A stretch of DNA of 64,000 nt from an uncultured Gemmatimonadales bacterium (GCA_963783305.1 CAWAMW010000016.1:448001-512000), one strand, 5' to 3'. Shown: positions 17,863-28,167, counted from the stretch's first letter. A program made the numbers and translations. Notes: generated by a model from the letters alone, not told the origin.

Positions 17863-19107
17863 GTGGCGAAGTTCCCTCCCGTACACGAGCAGATGGATGC
17901 GATCCGGCACGGCGCGCTGGAGATCGTGCCGGAGGACGAGCTGGTCCGGAAGCTGGAGCGAAGTCGGGATACCGGGACCCCGCTCGTCGTGAAGCAGGGC
18001 TTCGACCCGACGCGGCCGGACCTGCACATCGGACACGCCGTGAGCATCCGAAAGCTGCGGACCTTCCAGGAGCTGGGCCACAGCGTCGTCTTCGTGGTGG
18101 GGGACTATACCGCCCGCGTCGGCGACCCCAGCGGCCGGAGCGAGACGCGTCCGGCGCTGTCGCCGGAGGAGATCGAGGCCAACGCCCGTACCTACGCCAC
18201 ACAGGTCGGGAGCATCCTGGATGTGGACCGGGTCCGGGTCGAGTTCAACTCGAAGTGGCTGGCGCCGCTCAACCTGGCCGATATCCTGGAGCTGACCGGC
18301 TCCTACACCGTCGCCCGGATGCTCGAGCGCGACGATTTCGAGAAGCGCTACGGCGGAGGGCAGCCGATCTCCATCATGGAGTTCATGTACCCCCTCATGC
18401 AGGCCTACGACTCCGTGGCCCTCGGCGCCGACGTGGAGCTGGGCGGGAGCGACCAGAAGTTCAACCTGCTCATCGCCCGCACCATTCAGGAGCGCTACAG
18501 GCAGGAGCCGCAGGTGTGCCTGATCATGCCGCTGCTGCGGGGCACCGACGGCGAGCAGAAGATGTCGAAGTCCTACGACAACTACATCGGCCTCGCCGAG
18601 CCCCCCGAGGAGATCTACGGGAAGACCATGTCCATCCCCGACGACCTGCTGGAGGAGTGGTACACGCTGGCCAGCGGCCTCGAGGCCGATGCGTTGCAAG
18701 AGGCGCTCGCGAGCGCCGGGCCCGACCCGTACGAAGCGAAGCGGCGGCTGGCCGGACTGGTCACGCGGACCTATCACGGCGCCGAAGGCGAGGCGGCGGG
18801 CCGCGAGCACTTCGACACCGTGTTCCGTAAGAAGGAGGAGCCGGAGGAGGTGCCCGAGGTGGCCGTTCGGCTCGATCACCCCGACGTCCGCTACGAGGAC
18901 GGCACGGTGTGGGTCGCGGGCCTCCTCGTGGTCGCGGGGCTCGCCGCGTCGAAGAGCGAGGCGATTCGCCTGATCGAGCAGGGCGCCATCGCCGTCGACG
19001 GTGAGATCATCCACGACAGGAGCGCCACCACCCGCGCCGCCACAGATCTCCGGCCGGTGCTCCGTCGCGGGAAGAGGCGCTTCGCCCGGATACGGTTCGT
19101 CGCGTGA
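17863..19107 (+). CDS. tyrS: Tyrosine--tRNA ligase
   Basis: GFDPTRPDLHIGH, YPLMQAYDS, GGSDQKFN, KMSKS and a C-terminal S4 domain; start GTG 17863 or ATG 17857. Confidence 0.96.
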   Translation: MAKFPPVHEQMDAIRHGALEIVPEDELVRKLERSRDTGTPLVVKQGFDPTRPDLHIGHAVSIRKLRTFQELGHSVVFVVGDYTARVGDPSGRSETRPALSPEEIEANARTYATQVGSILDVDRVRVEFNSKWLAPLNLADILELTGSYTVARMLERDDFEKRYGGGQPISIMEFMYPLMQAYDSVALGADVELGGSDQKFNLLIARTIQERYRQEPQVCLIMPLLRGTDGEQKMSKSYDNYIGLAEPPEEIYGKTMSIPDDLLEEWYTLASGLEADALQEALASAGPDPYEAKRRLAGLVTRTYHGAEGEAAGREHFDTVFRKKEEPEEVPEVAVRLDHPDVRYEDGTVWVAGLLVVAGLAASKSEAIRLIEQGAIAVDGEIIHDRSATTRAATDLRPVLRRGKRRFARIRFVA

Positions 19108-19140
19108 TTTGCCCCCGAACCGAGGGGGCCTTATCTTCTC

Positions 19141-19176
19141 TTGACACGGTCGTGACGGACCGTTAACCAATAAGAT
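19141..19176 (+). promoter_or_regulatory. Putative susC promoter with an overlapping inverted repeat
   Basis: TTGACA at 19141; ACGGTC-N6-GACCGT at 19146-19163; TAAGAT at 19171 (non-canonical spacing). Confidence 0.4.
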
Positions 19177-19448
19177 GTTCCTGCAAACATACTCCGCCCC
19201 CGCAGTACGGAGTGGTTGATCGTATAGAGGAACCGTCCGCCCGAGCGCGGACACACAACTCTTTTTCGGCGAGCACTATCAAGCCCGTTCGCTACAGAAA
19301 GCCACATAAAAATCTATCTGCCATTGATGGGATTCTCCCAGTTCCGGGGCCAACGCCCTGGTGTATTCGCGCACTCCTGCGCGAAATTTCCAACCCTGCC
19401 AAGGAGGAAACAGATGTCAACGTCCATTCTTCACCTACGGGGGGGCGC

Positions 19449-22400
19449 ATGAACACTCCTCGTAAGGCGAACTATTGGCTGGGCGCACTGGTCGCGCTGA
19501 TGGTCGGCGCCGCGCCCGTCATGGCGCAGCAGACCGGTTCCGTCGCCGGCCTCGTGCGCTCTGAGACCGGGGAGCCGATCCCCGGTGCCCAGGTCAGCAT
19601 CGTGGGTACGAACCTCGGTACACTGACCCAGGAAAACGGCCGTTACCTCATCCGCCAGGTCCCCGAGGGGGATTACCAGGTGCGGGTCGAGCTCATCGGC
19701 TTCGGCACCGCCACGCGCCCCATCGCGGTGCTGGCGGGCCAGACGATCACGGCCAACGTCACACTGAACTCGGAGGCCATCGCCCTCGAGGAGATCGTGG
19801 TGACGGGCGTTTCGGGCCCGACCGCGAAGATGAACCTCCCCATCGAGGTCTCCGTCGTGGACTCGGCCTCGCTGTCGGTGACGTCCTCTTCGGCGGGCGG
19901 CATGCTGGCCGGTAAGGTGGCCGGCGCGCGCGTGCTGGGGAACACGGGTCTGCCGGGGAGCGCGCCGTCGATCATGCTGCGTGGTCCCACGAGCATCAAC
20001 GGCAACGGCCGGGGCCAGGAGCCGCTGTTCATCGTGGACGGCGTGATCCTGGGCTCGAGCCTCGCGGACATCAACTCCGAGGACATCGAGAGCATCGAGG
20101 TCGTGAAGGGCGCCGCCGCGGCGTCTCTGTACGGCTCCCGTGCCGCCAACGGCGTGGTCCAGATCCGCACGAAGCGGGGTCGGGGCATCGCCGAGGGCGC
20201 TCCGCGCTACACGTTCCGTACCGAGTACGGCATGAACAGCCTGGAGAAGGAGATCGATCTCGCGAACAACCACCTGTTCTCGATGACAGCCGATCAGAGC
20301 GCGTTCTCCAACTCGACGGAGGCGGGCTGCGAGTCGTTCAACTACCTGAACACCGAGTGCGCGCTCGAGGCGCCGAGCAACCTTTCCCGGGCCTACCAGA
20401 TCAACCCGTGGCCGGGGACGCACTACAACAACATGGATCGTTTCTTCGATCCGGGGAGCCTGTGGCAGAGCTACCTGTCGGCCGCCGGCCGGTCGGGCAA
20501 CACGAACTATCACATCTCCTTCACGAACAACCAGCAGGAAGGCGTCCTGTACAATCAGGACGGCTACAAGCGCAACGCCTTCCGGATGAACCTGGACCAG
20601 GGCTTCGACACGCCGCTGCAGCTGTCGGCGAACGTGTACTACTCCCGGTCCGAGCAGGACGACGTGTCCGAGGGCTCCGGGTCGGTGCTGTACAACCTGA
20701 TGCTCGCCGTTCCGATCGTGGACCTGGCGCGCATGAATGACGAGACGGGGCAGGTCGCGCATAAGCTCGAGCCCCGCTCGAACGAGGACAACCCGATCTA
20801 CGAGCTGACCTACCGCGACCAGATGAACGAGCGGCAGCGGTTCGTGGGTGGCGGTAACCTCCGGTGGGAGGCGGCCGACTGGATGGACTTCGAGGCCAAC
20901 CTGAGCTTCGATCGGCTCGACTACCACCGCAACAACTTCTATCCGAACCCGTACTACACCAACCAGGCGAGCAGCTTGAACCAGGGCTTCCTGGGCAAGC
21001 GGAACGACGTAACGGAGGCCTGGAACGCCAGCGCCACCGCGACGTTCAACAAGAGCTTCGGCGCGCTCGCCAACCGCACGCAGTTCCGGTACCTCATGGA
21101 GGACCAGGACTACAACCGGTTCGATGCGGAGGGCCGTCAGTTCGTCGTCAAGAACACGCCCAACCTGAACGTGGTCACGGCCGGTACGGAGGGCGTGAGC
21201 TCCCTCCACGAGACGATTCGGTCGGAGGGCTACTTCGCCATCACCAACTTCAACTACGATGGCCGCTACATCATCGACGCCCTGATCCGCCGCGACGGCA
21301 GCTCGCTGTTCGGCCCGGAGGAGCGGTGGCAGACGTATTACCGCGGCGCCCTGGCCTGGCGCGTGTCGAACGAGCCGTTCTTCAACGTGCCGGCGATCGA
21401 TCAGCTCAAGCTGCGCTACTCCTACGGCACGGCCGGCGGTCGGCCGCGCTTCGACGCGCAGTACGAGACGTACAGCGTGACGGGCGGTCAGATCCGCGGC
21501 GTGACGCTGGGTAACGAGAACCTGGCGCCCGAGCTGGCCAAGGAGCACGAGGCCGGTGTGGACATGCAGTTCCTCGATCGCTTCGACGCGAGCGTCACGT
21601 ACGCCAAGTCGAACGTCGAGGACCAGATCCTGCCGGTGCCGCTGCCGGCGCCGTCGGGCTTCCAGGCGCAGTGGCGGAACGCGGGTACGCTGGAGAGCAC
21701 CACGTGGGAGGCCTCGCTGGGCGCGCAGCTCATGCAGAAGGCCGACCTGAACTGGAGCGCTCGGGTACTGTTCGACCGGACGCGCCAGGAGATCACCGAG
21801 CTGTCCGTGCCGGCGTATCGGTACGGCGTGAACCAGCAGGGGATCGACAACGTGTTCTACGCCCGTCAGGGTGAGTCGGTGGGTACGTTCTACGGGACGG
21901 CCTTCGCTCACAGCTGCTCGGACCTGAACATCGACCAGGCCACGTGTACTGCCGAGTTCAAGACGAACGACGAGGGCTACCTCGTGTGGGTGGGCGCCGG
22001 CAACTCTGCCACGAGCGGTCCCGGGGCCGACAACCAGGTGGCGACGGACGACGATCTGTGGCTCACAAGCACGACGATCGGCGAACGCAGCTTCAACTGG
22101 GGGATCCCGGTGAAGGTGCTGAACGAGGATGGCATCGACTTCAGCAAGCTTGGCAGCACGGTGCCGGACTTCAACGTCAGCCTGTCCAGCAACCTCGACT
22201 GGCGTGGATTCTCGTTCTACGGCCTGCTCGACAGCTCCATGGGCTTCGACGTCTACAACCTGACGCGCCAGTGGGCGTACCGTGATTTCCGCGCCAAGGT
22301 GCAGGACCAGACGGGTCTCGCGGCGGGCGACATGAAGCCGGCCACGTATCACCAGACGCTCTACAACGTTGCGTCGGTGAGCGAGGAGTTCGTGGAGGAC

Positions 22401-22664
22401 GGCAGCTTCGTCAAGCTGCGTGAGCTCTCCGCCCGCTACACGATCGGTCAGGATGGCCTCTTCGGCTTCCAGATCCCGGGCGCCAACCGCGTCACTCTCG
22501 GCCTGGTCGGCCGCAACCTGGTGACCTGGACGGACTACAGTGGCTTCGATCCGGAAACGGGCTTCAGCGGCGGTGAGAGCGGCTCGGCCGTGATCAACCG
22601 CTTCGACGCGTACCGGTACCCGAACTTCCGTACCGTGACCGCCATGATCGAGCTCGGCTTCTAA
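19449..22664 (+). CDS. susC: SusC/RagA family TonB-dependent outer-membrane transporter
   Basis: Signal peptide; CarboxypepD-reg-like N-domain; PLFIVDG and DIESIEVVKGAAAASLYGSRAANGVVQI; terminal Phe. Confidence 0.95.
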   Translation: MNTPRKANYWLGALVALMVGAAPVMAQQTGSVAGLVRSETGEPIPGAQVSIVGTNLGTLTQENGRYLIRQVPEGDYQVRVELIGFGTATRPIAVLAGQTITANVTLNSEAIALEEIVVTGVSGPTAKMNLPIEVSVVDSASLSVTSSSAGGMLAGKVAGARVLGNTGLPGSAPSIMLRGPTSINGNGRGQEPLFIVDGVILGSSLADINSEDIESIEVVKGAAAASLYGSRAANGVVQIRTKRGRGIAEGAPRYTFRTEYGMNSLEKEIDLANNHLFSMTADQSAFSNSTEAGCESFNYLNTECALEAPSNLSRAYQINPWPGTHYNNMDRFFDPGSLWQSYLSAAGRSGNTNYHISFTNNQQEGVLYNQDGYKRNAFRMNLDQGFDTPLQLSANVYYSRSEQDDVSEGSGSVLYNLMLAVPIVDLARMNDETGQVAHKLEPRSNEDNPIYELTYRDQMNERQRFVGGGNLRWEAADWMDFEANLSFDRLDYHRNNFYPNPYYTNQASSLNQGFLGKRNDVTEAWNASATATFNKSFGALANRTQFRYLMEDQDYNRFDAEGRQFVVKNTPNLNVVTAGTEGVSSLHETIRSEGYFAITNFNYDGRYIIDALIRRDGSSLFGPEERWQTYYRGALAWRVSNEPFFNVPAIDQLKLRYSYGTAGGRPRFDAQYETYSVTGGQIRGVTLGNENLAPELAKEHEAGVDMQFLDRFDASVTYAKSNVEDQILPVPLPAPSGFQAQWRNAGTLESTTWEASLGAQLMQKADLNWSARVLFDRTRQEITELSVPAYRYGVNQQGIDNVFYARQGESVGTFYGTAFAHSCSDLNIDQATCTAEFKTNDEGYLVWVGAGNSATSGPGADNQVATDDDLWLTSTTIGERSFNWGIPVKVLNEDGIDFSKLGSTVPDFNVSLSSNLDWRGFSFYGLLDSSMGFDVYNLTRQWAYRDFRAKVQDQTGLAAGDMKPATYHQTLYNVASVSEEFVEDGSFVKLRELSARYTIGQDGLFGFQIPGANRVTLGLVGRNLVTWTDYSGFDPETGFSGGESGSAVINRFDAYRYPNFRTVTAMIELGF

Positions 22665-22684
22665 CTCCAATAATGAGGGACCAT

Positions 22685-24268
22685 ATGAGAACATTCTTCA
22701 AGACACTGCCGGTCGCCGGCCTGCTGCTTCTCGCAGCAGGCTGCGCCGACCTGGTGGTGCCGAACGAGAACGACCCGGACCGCGTGCGCGCCATCGCCAC
22801 GGCGACCGACGTGCAGTCGCTGGTCTCGACGTCGTTCGTACCCACGTGGAACGCGCAGCAGTGGTACGACGGGCTGGCCATGCCGCTCAGCACCATGGCG
22901 TGGGAGCACGCCGCTTCCTGGGGGAACGCCGGGATGTGGCAGATGTCGTGGTACCCGCGCGAGGCCTGGCCGAACAACCAGGGCTGGTCGTACTACGCCT
23001 GGATCGAGTACGGCTGGTCTCAGCCGTATCAGTCCGCCGCTCCGGCGGCCGAGGCGCTCCGCGCCATCGACGGTGGCCTCAAGATCGAGCTGGACGAGGA
23101 GGGTGACCAGACAGCGCGCGCGCAGGCGTTCGCCCACTTCATCCTGGGCTATTCGCTGGGCACCATCGCGCTGACCTACGATCGCGGCTTCGTGGTGGAC
23201 GAGAACGCGGATCTGGAGAACCTCCAGCTGCAGCCGTACGACGAGGTGATGGACGCGGCGCTGGATCATTTCCAGACGTCGATCGACATCTCGAACGCGA
23301 ACGACTTCCAGCTGCCGGACGGCTGGATCCGGGGCAACCCCATGACCAGCGACGAGTTCGCGCAGCTGGCGCACTCGTACATGGCGCGGTACATGACGAA
23401 GGTCGCCCGGTACCCGGCTGACCGGGCTGCCGTGGACTGGAACGCGGTGATTCAGCACGTGGACGCGGGCATCACCGAGGACTTCATGATCGACCACGAG
23501 GCCGACGTCTGGTGGGACGACGTGAAGATCTACGCGGACATCTTCCCGTCGTGGTCGCGTGCGCCCTACATGTGGTGGGGTCAGGCGGATACCTCCGGTG
23601 GGTACGAGGCGTGGATGGCCAAGGCGCCCGCGGACCGTACGGAGTTCCTGATCATGACGCCCGACCAGCGGTACCCGCAGGGGAGCACCATCGAGGAGCA
23701 GCGGGCGAACCCGGGGATGTACCTGGTCAACATCGACCCGCGGCCCTTCAATGCGGCCCGCGGCAGCTGGTACTTCTCGTACTACAGGAACGCGCGGTAC
23801 GATTACTACGGCGATGCTTCCTACGTGGCGGCGACCCCTGCCTTCAACACCGAAGAGCTGGACCTGATCAAGGCCGAGGGCCTGATCCGGATGGGCGGGG
23901 CAAGCAACCTCGAGGCGGCGGCGACCCTCATCAACAAGACGCGTGTGGCGAACGGTGGTCTGCCGCCGGTGACGGCCGCGGGCGTGCCGGATGGGCCGGC
24001 CACGTGCGTCCCGCAGATGCCCGATGGCAGCTGCGGTGACCTGATGGCGGCGATGAAGTACGAGAAGCGTGTGGAGAACGTGCACACGCAGCTCGGCACG
24101 TGGTTCTTCGACCACCGTGGCTGGGGCGACCTCGAAGAGGGCACCCCGGTTCACGCGCCGATCCCGGCGGGCGAGCTCCAGGTGCTGCAGCTCCCGATCT
24201 ACACCTTCGGTGGCGTGGGCGGGAACTGCGCGGCCGGCTCGAGCTGTACGCCCGAAGGCGGCAGCTGA
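22685..24268 (+). CDS. susD: SusD/RagB family lipoprotein
   Basis: Lipobox AAGC; directly after susC; LIKAEGL..., INKTR and YEKRVE motifs. Confidence 0.88.
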   Translation: MRTFFKTLPVAGLLLLAAGCADLVVPNENDPDRVRAIATATDVQSLVSTSFVPTWNAQQWYDGLAMPLSTMAWEHAASWGNAGMWQMSWYPREAWPNNQGWSYYAWIEYGWSQPYQSAAPAAEALRAIDGGLKIELDEEGDQTARAQAFAHFILGYSLGTIALTYDRGFVVDENADLENLQLQPYDEVMDAALDHFQTSIDISNANDFQLPDGWIRGNPMTSDEFAQLAHSYMARYMTKVARYPADRAAVDWNAVIQHVDAGITEDFMIDHEADVWWDDVKIYADIFPSWSRAPYMWWGQADTSGGYEAWMAKAPADRTEFLIMTPDQRYPQGSTIEEQRANPGMYLVNIDPRPFNAARGSWYFSYYRNARYDYYGDASYVAATPAFNTEELDLIKAEGLIRMGGASNLEAAATLINKTRVANGGLPPVTAAGVPDGPATCVPQMPDGSCGDLMAAMKYEKRVENVHTQLGTWFFDHRGWGDLEEGTPVHAPIPAGELQVLQLPIYTFGGVGGNCAAGSSCTPEGGS

Positions 24269-24340
24269 AGCAGGATGGTGAGTCCGCCGCCCGGCTCCTG
24301 GTCGGGTCCGGCGGTCTCGCGTAGCACAGGAGGATGATGT

Positions 24341-24383
24341 GAAAGGCCGCCCGGGTCAGTAGGTTGACCCGGGCGGTCTTTTC
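24341..24383 (+). terminator. Intrinsic terminator after susD
   Basis: GAAAGGCCGCCCGGGTCA-GTAGGT-TGACCCGGGCGGTCTTTTC. Confidence 0.85.
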
Positions 24384-24442
24384 ATTCGAGGAAATCGGCG
24401 AGGCGGGGGCATGGTGGGAGGAATCGCGCGGGATCGGCCGCG

Positions 24443-24985
24443 GTGAGTACGCAGGTATATCTGGGCCTCGGCTCCAACGTGGGCGACCGGGAGTCGCACC
24501 TTCGCCACGCGCTCCGGCGCCTGGCCGAGGAGGCGGAGCTCACGGGCACCTCCTCCGTGTACGAGACCGACCCGGTGGGGTATGCCGATCAGCGGGCCTT
24601 CCTGAACATGGTGGCACGCATCACGACGGACCTGCCGCCCGAGTCCATTCTGGGCCTGGCGCGCCGGATCGAAACGGAGCGGCAGCGCCTGCGTCCTTTT
24701 CGTGGGGCTCCGCGCACGCTGGACGTGGACGTGCTGCTGTACGGAGACCTCTGTCTCGACGAGCCCGGGCTGACGATCCCGCACCCGCGGATGAAGGAGC
24801 GGGCGTTCGTGCTGGTGCCGCTGCTGGAGGTGGCTCCGGCGGCGGTAGATCCGGAGACGGGCCGGCCGCTGCGCGAGTACCTGGAACTCGCCACTACGGC
24901 GGAAAATCGGGGGCGGGAGGAGCCGGCCGCCGGCCTGCCGGGTATCAACCGGATCGGATCGGGGGAGAAGCTGCGGAATGGGTAG
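24443..24985 (+). CDS. folK: 2-amino-4-hydroxy-6-hydroxymethyldihydropteridine diphosphokinase
   Basis: YLGLGSNVGDR, SSVYET, FLN, PRTLDVDVL, PHPRMKERAFVLVPL. Confidence 0.95.
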   Translation: MSTQVYLGLGSNVGDRESHLRHALRRLAEEAELTGTSSVYETDPVGYADQRAFLNMVARITTDLPPESILGLARRIETERQRLRPFRGAPRTLDVDVLLYGDLCLDEPGLTIPHPRMKERAFVLVPLLEVAPAAVDPETGRPLREYLELATTAENRGREEPAAGLPGINRIGSGEKLRNG

Positions 24986-26252
24986 AGGGGGCTGGCTGGC
25001 TGGAGGCATGCTGGCGCTGGTGGTGGCACTGACGCCGGCGTGCGACGCGCAGGATCGCACGGCCCTGGACGGCCGCACGCTGGAAACGCTCATCGACTCG
25101 CTGCTGCCCCAGATCGCGGAGGCCAGCGGGCTCGCAGTGCGGCGGCCGGTCGCGTATACGCTTCAGCCGCGATCCAAGGCGAGGGCCTTCCTGGTGGCGC
25201 AGCTGGACGAGGAGCGGGCGGAGCTCGAGGGAATGGAGCGCGCGTACAAGGCCCTGGGGCTGCTGCCGGACACTCTGCGGCTCCGGCCGCTCATGCTGGA
25301 TCTGCTTACGGAGCAGGTGGTGGGCTACTACGATCCCCGGACGGACCGCCTCTACGTGGTGGAGGGAGTGCCGCTCGCCACCGCGGGGCCGGTGGTGGCG
25401 CACGAGCTCGTACATGCGCTCCAGGACCAGCACACGAACCTCGACTCCCTGGTCCTGCCGGAGCGAGGCAACGATCGGCGTCTGGCCGCGCAGTCCGCGG
25501 CCGAGGGTCAGGCGATGTTCGTCATGCTGGCGCTGCAGGCCGCCGAGACGAGCGGGCGGCCCATTGATCCCGGCGCCCTGCCGGACCTGGGGCCCATGCT
25601 GCGGCCCGCGCTGGAAGCCCAGAACGAGCAGTACCCGGTCTTCCAGCGCGCGCCCCGGCTCGTGAGAGAGACACTGATCTTCCCCTACATCGGCGGCGCC
25701 GGCTTCGTCCAGGCGCTCCATCGCGCCCGTGAAGGAGGCCAGCCGCCGGTGCCGTTCGGTGATCTCCTTCCCCAGTCCACGGAGCAGGTCCTCGATCCGG
25801 AGGGGGCGTTCCTTGGATCACGGGATCATCCCACGGAGCTGACGCTCGGGCCGGCCTCGAACGGCTGGTCGGTGGCGTACCAGAACACGCTCGGTCAGCT
25901 GGAAGCGCGGATCCTCATGACCGAGCGCGCGGGGCAGAGCGCGGCAGATGCGGTCGCCGGTTGGGACGGGGACCGGTACACCGTGCTCGACGGACCGGCC
26001 GGTGCGGTGGCACTGGTCTGGTACAGCGTCTGGGACGACCCGGCCGCCGCCGACCGATTCGTCCGTGGCTACCGCCGCTGGGCCACGTCGGCCGCGGGGG
26101 GCCGCGCCCAGGGGCTGGGCCCCGGCACGGCCGAGCGGCTTCAGGTCGACGGACGGTCGGTGGTCCGGGTGGTGGAAACGAGCCGGGGGACCCGTCCTTC
26201 CGCCGTGGGGCTGCCGCCGCTCGTCAGCCTCACCGAGTCCGCCCCCGAGTAG
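24978..26252 (+). CDS. Putative zincin-like metallopeptidase lipoprotein
   Basis: Lipobox TPAC; GYYDP, HELVHALQDQH (HExxH), EGQA, FPYIGG, STEQVL, GWDGD. Confidence 0.7.
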   Translation: MGRGGWLAGGMLALVVALTPACDAQDRTALDGRTLETLIDSLLPQIAEASGLAVRRPVAYTLQPRSKARAFLVAQLDEERAELEGMERAYKALGLLPDTLRLRPLMLDLLTEQVVGYYDPRTDRLYVVEGVPLATAGPVVAHELVHALQDQHTNLDSLVLPERGNDRRLAAQSAAEGQAMFVMLALQAAETSGRPIDPGALPDLGPMLRPALEAQNEQYPVFQRAPRLVRETLIFPYIGGAGFVQALHRAREGGQPPVPFGDLLPQSTEQVLDPEGAFLGSRDHPTELTLGPASNGWSVAYQNTLGQLEARILMTERAGQSAADAVAGWDGDRYTVLDGPAGAVALVWYSVWDDPAAADRFVRGYRRWATSAAGGRAQGLGPGTAERLQVDGRSVVRVVETSRGTRPSAVGLPPLVSLTESAPE

Positions 26253-27593
26253 TCAGAGGTCCATGGTCACCAGGCCGGTGAAGCCCGGCAGCGGCGTGAT
26301 CTCCACGTCCGCAGCGCTCTTCTCGCGGCTCCGCCTGGTCTTGCCGTTCCCGTTCGCCTGACCGTTGCTCGACGCGTGACCGTTTGTGGCCGCGTGACCG
26401 TTGCTCCCGCCATTGGAACGGACCGACGACCTCGCGCCGTTCTTCCCGTTCTTCCCGTTCTTCCCGTTCACGCCTCGCCCGTTCTCCAGCCCGGTCACCC
26501 GGTTGGTACCGGCGGCGCACCCGCTGCCCGCGACCGCCACCTCCTGACGGGGAAGGGGATAGCGGAACTCCTCGCCGGCGTAGTTTCGGAGCACGACCTC
26601 GTTGTCGGTTACGGCCTGGACGTACTCGGGAAGGATGGGGATCTTGCCGCCGCCGCCGGGGGCGTCGATGACGTAGTGGGGCACGCCGAGCCCGGAGGTC
26701 CAGCCGCGGAGCGCCTGGATGATCTCAATGCCCTTCTGGACGGAAGTGCGGAAGTGCTCTCCACCGGCGACCACGTCGGCCTGGTAGATGTAGTACGGCT
26801 TCACGCGATTTCGCAGCAGCTTCTGCATCAGCCGCTTCATGGTGTCCGGGTCGTCGTTGACGCCCTTCAGGAGCACCGTCTGCGAGCCCAGCGGAGCGCC
26901 GCAGTCGGCGAGGCGCGCGAGCGCCTGCTCCGCGGCGGGCGTGAGCTCGTCGGGGTGGTTGAAGTGGACGTTGACGTATACCGGATGGTGGCGACGGATG
27001 ATGTCGCAGAGCTCCGGTGTGATCCTCTCCGGAAGGTGGCTGGGCACCCGGGTGTGGATGCGGATGATCTCGATGTGCGGGATGGCCCGCAGCGTGGAGA
27101 GGAAGTACTCGACCCTGCGATCGCTCAGGAGCAGTGGATCGCCGCCCGAAAGGACGACGTCGCGGACTTCCGGGTGCGCGCGGAGGTAATCGAAGGCCGC
27201 GTCGAACTGGTTGAGCGGGATCTTCTCCGGATCGCCCACCTTCCGTCGCCGGGTGCAGAACCGGCAGTACGTGGAGCAGACGGGGCTCACCAGGAAGAGC
27301 ACGCGGTCGGGATAGCGGTGCGTGATATTGGGGACGGGGGAGTCCGCATCCTCGTCGAGGGAGTCGACGATCCCGTCGACGATCTCGTTCTCGGCCGCCG
27401 TGGGCACGTACTGGTTCCACGCCCAGTCGCCCGGGCGCTTGATCTGCGACATGGCGGCCGGCGTGATGCGGAGGTTGAACTTGTCGATGGCTCGCTCGAC
27501 GGCCTCGCGGTCCACGTTCTCGGCGCCGAACCGCTCGACGAGCTCGTCGACGGTTGTGAGGCTGCTCTTCAGTGTATCCTGCCAGTTGGACAT
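26253..27593 (-). CDS. kamA: KamA-family radical SAM/PLP enzyme, probably lysine 2,3-aminomutase
   Basis: HRYPDRVL, CSTYCRFC, SGGDPL, HFNHP, QTVLLKGVND, YYIYQAD, YVIDAPGGGGKIP. Confidence 0.92.
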   Translation of the reverse strand: MSNWQDTLKSSLTTVDELVERFGAENVDREAVERAIDKFNLRITPAAMSQIKRPGDWAWNQYVPTAAENEIVDGIVDSLDEDADSPVPNITHRYPDRVLFLVSPVCSTYCRFCTRRRKVGDPEKIPLNQFDAAFDYLRAHPEVRDVVLSGGDPLLLSDRRVEYFLSTLRAIPHIEIIRIHTRVPSHLPERITPELCDIIRRHHPVYVNVHFNHPDELTPAAEQALARLADCGAPLGSQTVLLKGVNDDPDTMKRLMQKLLRNRVKPYYIYQADVVAGGEHFRTSVQKGIEIIQALRGWTSGLGVPHYVIDAPGGGGKIPILPEYVQAVTDNEVVLRNYAGEEFRYPLPRQEVAVAGSGCAAGTNRVTGLENGRGVNGKNGKNGKNGARSSVRSNGGSNGHAATNGHASSNGQANGNGKTRRSREKSAADVEITPLPGFTGLVTMDL

Positions 27594-27609
27594 GGGTGAT
27601 CTCTTGGAG

Positions 27610-28167
27610 TCAGGCGTGGTCGAAGCTTCGGACGAAGATCACGCGATCATCGCCCGGGGCGTAGAAGTCCGGCACACGAGCCGCGACGGTATAGCCGCGC
27701 CGCTCGTAGAACGCCCGTGTGGGCGTGTAGTCGTCCCGTGACGATGTCTCGATCACCACGAGCCGGGCCTGGTTCTCGACGAGCCTTCGCTCCACCTCCT
27801 CCATCAGCAGGGTCCCGACGCCCTGGCCCTGTGTCTCGCCGGCGACGGCGATCCAGTACAGGTCCCAGGTGCCGCTCGTGCACGGCGTAGGGCCGTAGCA
27901 CGCGTAGCCCAGGAGGTCACCGCGCGGGGTGAAGGCGCCCAGCGCATGGTAGTCTCTCCCGGGATGGGTCAGGTACTCGTCCAGCACTTCCATCGCCACG
28001 TCCTCCTCGTCGGCGCTGAACAGCGGCTCCGACCGGACCAGCGTTTCCAGCGAGGGCCGATCCCCCGGCTCCAGGTCCCGAAGGCGGGCCGACGTGGGGA
28101 GCAGCGTTCCGCGCTCGATCTCGATGTCGATGTCGAACGGCGGGACCGCGATGTGACGGTGCGTCAT
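27610..28167 (-). CDS. GNAT N-acetyltransferase
   Basis: WDLYWIAV, QGQGVG acetyl-CoA loop, VIETSS, FYERRGY. Confidence 0.9.
   Translation of the reverse strand: MTHRHIAVPPFDIDIEIERGTLLPTSARLRDLEPGDRPSLETLVRSEPLFSADEEDVAMEVLDEYLTHPGRDYHALGAFTPRGDLLGYACYGPTPCTSGTWDLYWIAVAGETQGQGVGTLLMEEVERRLVENQARLVVIETSSRDDYTPTRAFYERRGYTVAARVPDFYAPGDDRVIFVRSFDHA

Noticed and set aside
19431..22694. 1087-aa antisense ORF over susC, and similar long antisense ORFs over gatE, etf-QO, glnA and the NYN gene
   Set aside because: Shadow frames of high-GC3 genes; no motifs, and the opposite strand has clear family signatures
26253..27593. EF-P beta-lysylation protein EpmB
   Set aside because: No efp or epmA nearby; the DAPGGGGKIP motif and context match KamA/AblA-type enzymes
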